A stretch of DNA of 64,000 nucleotides from Yuukianura sp. NJ FZ-2021. Lineage: Eukaryota. The notes beneath the pieces are model-generated. The model was given only the letters and a program-made list of their open reading frames with translations, was not told the origin of the DNA and did not search any database. Positions within the stretch are counted from its first letter, which is position 1, and each line of letters starts with the position of its first letter. Of this stretch, positions 60,613 to 64,000 are shown one piece after another. Made by a program: the position numbers and the translations under genes. The DNA lies in NCBI GenBank assembly GCA_046563655.1, contig CM102285.1, positions 2,418,001 through 2,482,000 of the forward strand. The letters run 5' to 3'.

Positions 60613-62481
60613 ATGGATACGGATTCCAGTTATGCAGAAGAAGACGAACAGCAAGATGAAGTGTCATATATTGCAGCGGTACGTACATGTAAAATTGACT
60701 TACATCGCGAATGATTGCCTTTTTTTTTTGTCAGGTTGATGATGCCTACAAGGAGGAAACAGATGACGATTTTGCAGTGAGTAGATCTGTTTAAGAAAAG
60801 TTGACTGCTGAAGTTCTCTTTGGTTTGATTTATGAAAATTCTATACGTAGGAGCTGATTTCTTTGGAGGATGAACATTGTCTCAGTGCAGATCAACTTCT
60901 TTCGTCGGAAAATCTTGCTCGTGCAGAGGCCGACCTTCCTCAACCACTTTCCGAGATGATAATTCTGCACCTACAGTTAGTAAATTACGTCCAGCTGGCA
61001 TTTCTATGCCTTTTGTGGCACACTTTTGAATTGGTGATCATTGAAATGTGCATTTATTTCTAGGGTTTTGGAACATATTTTGAGCAAGGACTTTGATAAG
61101 GCTCTGACTTCCCAGGGTTGCTTAGCTCAGACGTTTATTCGCGAGTTCCAAAAGCAGAGCGACGACAACTGGGGAATGAAAGTGATGGAGACAATTTGTA
61201 GAGATTTGAGACGAATTGCTCTCACTGCACAAGCTAACGAGGATCCGTTGGCAAGGACAGAAGAAAATGCTCCAACTTGTATGGAACGTGCTGCTGAATT
61301 TATTTTGGGACTGTTTCGTGTCTGTGCAGGAGATTCGTAAGCGGTCAATGTGTAACAATTGTTTTGTATTTTTGTAAATTAAGATTGTTCTCACAGACGT
61401 GTTCAAGAACCTGGGTCAAGGCGATGGGGAATGCTTATGCTTGTGAATCAGCTCTTTAAAATCTACTTTTGCATTGGTCGCCTCCAACTTTGCAAACCTT
61501 TGATACGTGCCATTGAGTCCCAACCAATCAGAGACAAGTTTCCTGTGCATCAGATGGTTACATACAAGTACTACGTTGGAAGGAAAGCCATGTTTGATTC
61601 GGAGTTTCGGGAAGGTGATACACTGTCCGCCAAGTTAAAAAAAATCACGATATTCTGCAATTAATAACAATATTTGGTCACTTTTTAGCGGAATCTTGCC
61701 TCACTTATGCGTTTGAGAATTCATCATCATACCCGCTCTCAGTTAATAAGAGGAAAGTACTCATATATTTGGTTCCTGTCAAAATGTTTTTGGTAAGCAT
61801 TTCACATAAAAATTGACCATCACATGGCAACTAGTTTCTTGTCACTTCAGGGCTACTTACCAACGCAAGAAGCCCTTCTGAAATACGACATCAACGAGTT
61901 TATGGGAGTAGCCGTCGCCATTCGGTACGGAAATATTCGAGACTTCGATGCCGCACTTCAGAAACACGAAAAAATGTTCATCACCAACGGAGTATACTTC
62001 ATCTTGGAAAAACTTCGGACCCTCCTGTTTCGAAATTTATTCAAGAAAGTGTAAGTTGAGTCACTAAATTCATGCAAATCTCTTTCAAGGATTCTGGGAA
62101 TTGCAATGTGACCTCCGGGATTAACTTTACGTACTAATTTAATGTTATTCAAACTGACAAGGCAATTATGAGCATGTCATAACTTTTTTTTTGTAGAAAA
62201 GCGGAGATAATTTATTGAAGACTTAATTGTTAACTAACTGATGGGTGATTAATTGTAGGTGCCTTCTTCACGACTCGAATCAGATCCCAATTAACTTGTT
62301 CGTGACAGCATTGAACTGGTCAGGCTACAAGGAAGCCGACGGAGATGAAGTCCAGTGCATTTTGTCCAACTTGATTTATGAAGGTCAAATCCGTGGCTAC
62401 ATTTCTCATCAACATCAAATCCTTGTTGTTGCCAAAACAAATCCGTTTCCGAAGATCTCTGCCTGCAGCGGTACGGACTAA
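60613..62481 (+). CDS. PCID2: PCI domain-containing protein 2 (TREX-2/CSN12-like), multi-exon
   Basis: [92 protein letters not shown] and [30 protein letters not shown]. Confidence 0.93.
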
Positions 62482-63183
62482 AAATCATAAGTTGTTATTG
62501 GATCTAAACAGTCGATGTTGTCCTTTCCATTTCCAATACATAAGTGGTAATTAACTACCGTTAAGTCGGTCTTCTTCAAAATACTATTACACAATACCCG
62601 CAGATCCTTTTATTCGTCTTTTCAATGGTAAGACTTTTTTGTTAGGACAGACAGAGAGTGCTATATGTCAATATTTAATTGAGCACCTAAATGCAGGGTG
62701 ACCAATATTGTAGTAATCCTGATTCTATTTTTAAAGGTTGCCATTTGGAAAGGTAAATAAAACAGTGGGCTAAGGTCATTTGAGCTCCATTGTTATTGCT
62801 TCCCATACTGCAAGCCCTTCTCTTAAACCCATAAGCGTCATGACAAATTAAAGCCATGATGAGTTAATACTTTGAACACCAAGGCAGTACTTTGTGACTG
62901 TCTGTTGAGCTTCTTCCACTCAATCAATCAGTTCGGTCATAATATCTTCAACATCCTTTTCAAATTAGTCAAAGTTTTGATGTGCTTGATGTGTTCATGA
63001 GTGCAGTAAACTGCACTTCAACTTTTCCGTAATTTGTCAAATTTCACATCTCTACCCAAGCATTACTTCTTCATGATTTCTGACAGGATTAACCATGTCT
63101 CAACATTTACGTGGGGATTGGGCGTTAAAATGTTTAAGAACTGCGAATTTTGGTGGGTGATCGAATAACTTAAAACCTGTCCT

Positions 63184-63422
63184 GCCAAATAGTACAGACA
63201 ACTCTTTGAATTAGAAAAACTGCAAAATACAAAACAAATGGCAATTGAGGGATACAAAATAACTTAGATATAGATATATACACAACAATTGGCGGTAAAC
63301 AGACAAAATGACATATGAAATGGCAAATGATTGATATTGCAATGGCAATTGGACCAACATCCATGCCATTTGTTTTGTATTTTGCAATTTTTCTAATTCA
63401 AAGAATTGTCTGTACTTTGGCG
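63184..63422. repeat. ~60-bp inverted repeat pair (MITE-like)
   Basis: AGTACAGACAACTCTTTGAATTAGAAAAACTGCAAAATACAAAACAAATGGC pairs with GCCATTTGTTTTGTATTTTGCAATTTTTCTAATTCAAAGAATTGTCTGTACT. Confidence 0.65.
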
Positions 63423-63527
63423 GTGGTTGTTGTCGAAATTTCGTTACTTTACTTCTAACTTGATTTATCCGTATTTATCTCTATAATGCATTCTATAATA
63501 TTACCGATATTATATACGGTATATATA

Positions 63528-63742
63528 CAGTGAGCGCCAGCTAAAACCATACACCCATATTTTGTTTCCGTAGAAACAAGTTGAAAATTATGTAAACATG
63601 GTGGGAAAGGTAACTCAAAATGTGCAACTTCAGTTAAACTCTTATGATGAAATTTTTGCAAATCGCGTAATTTCACTGGTTTTCCCTCCACAATAGCGAA
63701 GTTAAACAATTCCGGGTGTATGGTTTTAGCTGGCGCTCACTG
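63528..63742. mobile_element. Tc1/mariner-type MITE (215 bp)
   Basis: TA|CAGTGAGCGCCAGCTAAAACCATACACCC ... GGGTGTATGGTTTTAGCTGGCGCTCACTG|TA: perfect 29-bp TIRs and a TA TSD. Confidence 0.9.
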
Positions 63743-64000
63743 TATTATATACCTATATTTATCTGTAAATTAAATCCTAAATATTGCTATTTAAGCCTAT
63801 CTAATCTTGCTATGTAATAATTTTTCGTTAATTGTTGCACAAAATATTTGCATATGTGCCCATAGATTACCAATTCAAATGGTGTTGGAGAACCCTGCTT
63901 TCCTTGATTTTTTGACAATCATCTTATGCATTAATGCAAATACACAATGGAGCTAAAATAGCAATAAATTTGCTTCATCTCCGTGATCTCTTCACCTCGT

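Overview
AT-rich eukaryotic genomic DNA with short GT-AG introns. It is most likely from an arthropod, given a klumpfuss orthologue. The first ~17.5 kb is an accessory region that looks like a rearranged array of Polinton/Maverick (adintovirus-like) endogenous elements. It holds two decayed protein-primed DNA polymerase B (pPolB) C-terminal fragments and a possible N-terminal fragment. Both C-terminal fragments carry a spliceosomal intron at the same position inside the catalytic YTDT^DS motif. The region also holds three copies of a spliced clan-CE (Ulp1/adenain-like) cysteine protease gene (one intact with four exons, two broken), an intact six-exon chromodomain gene, an F-box-like ORF and a C2H2 ORF. 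I could not recognise an integrase, capsid or packaging ATPase. The rest of the window is host sequence: an ABCC/MRP1-type transporter (20.2-28.75 kb, +) with a ~940-bp foldback element in a GC-AG intron, a small putative secreted protein, klumpfuss (31.8-34.5 kb, -), ~21 kb of non-coding DNA with a cluster of Su(H)/CSL sites and several MITEs, then BTBD7 (-) and PCID2 (+) in divergent orientation. All calls come from reading motifs by eye; no database searches were run.
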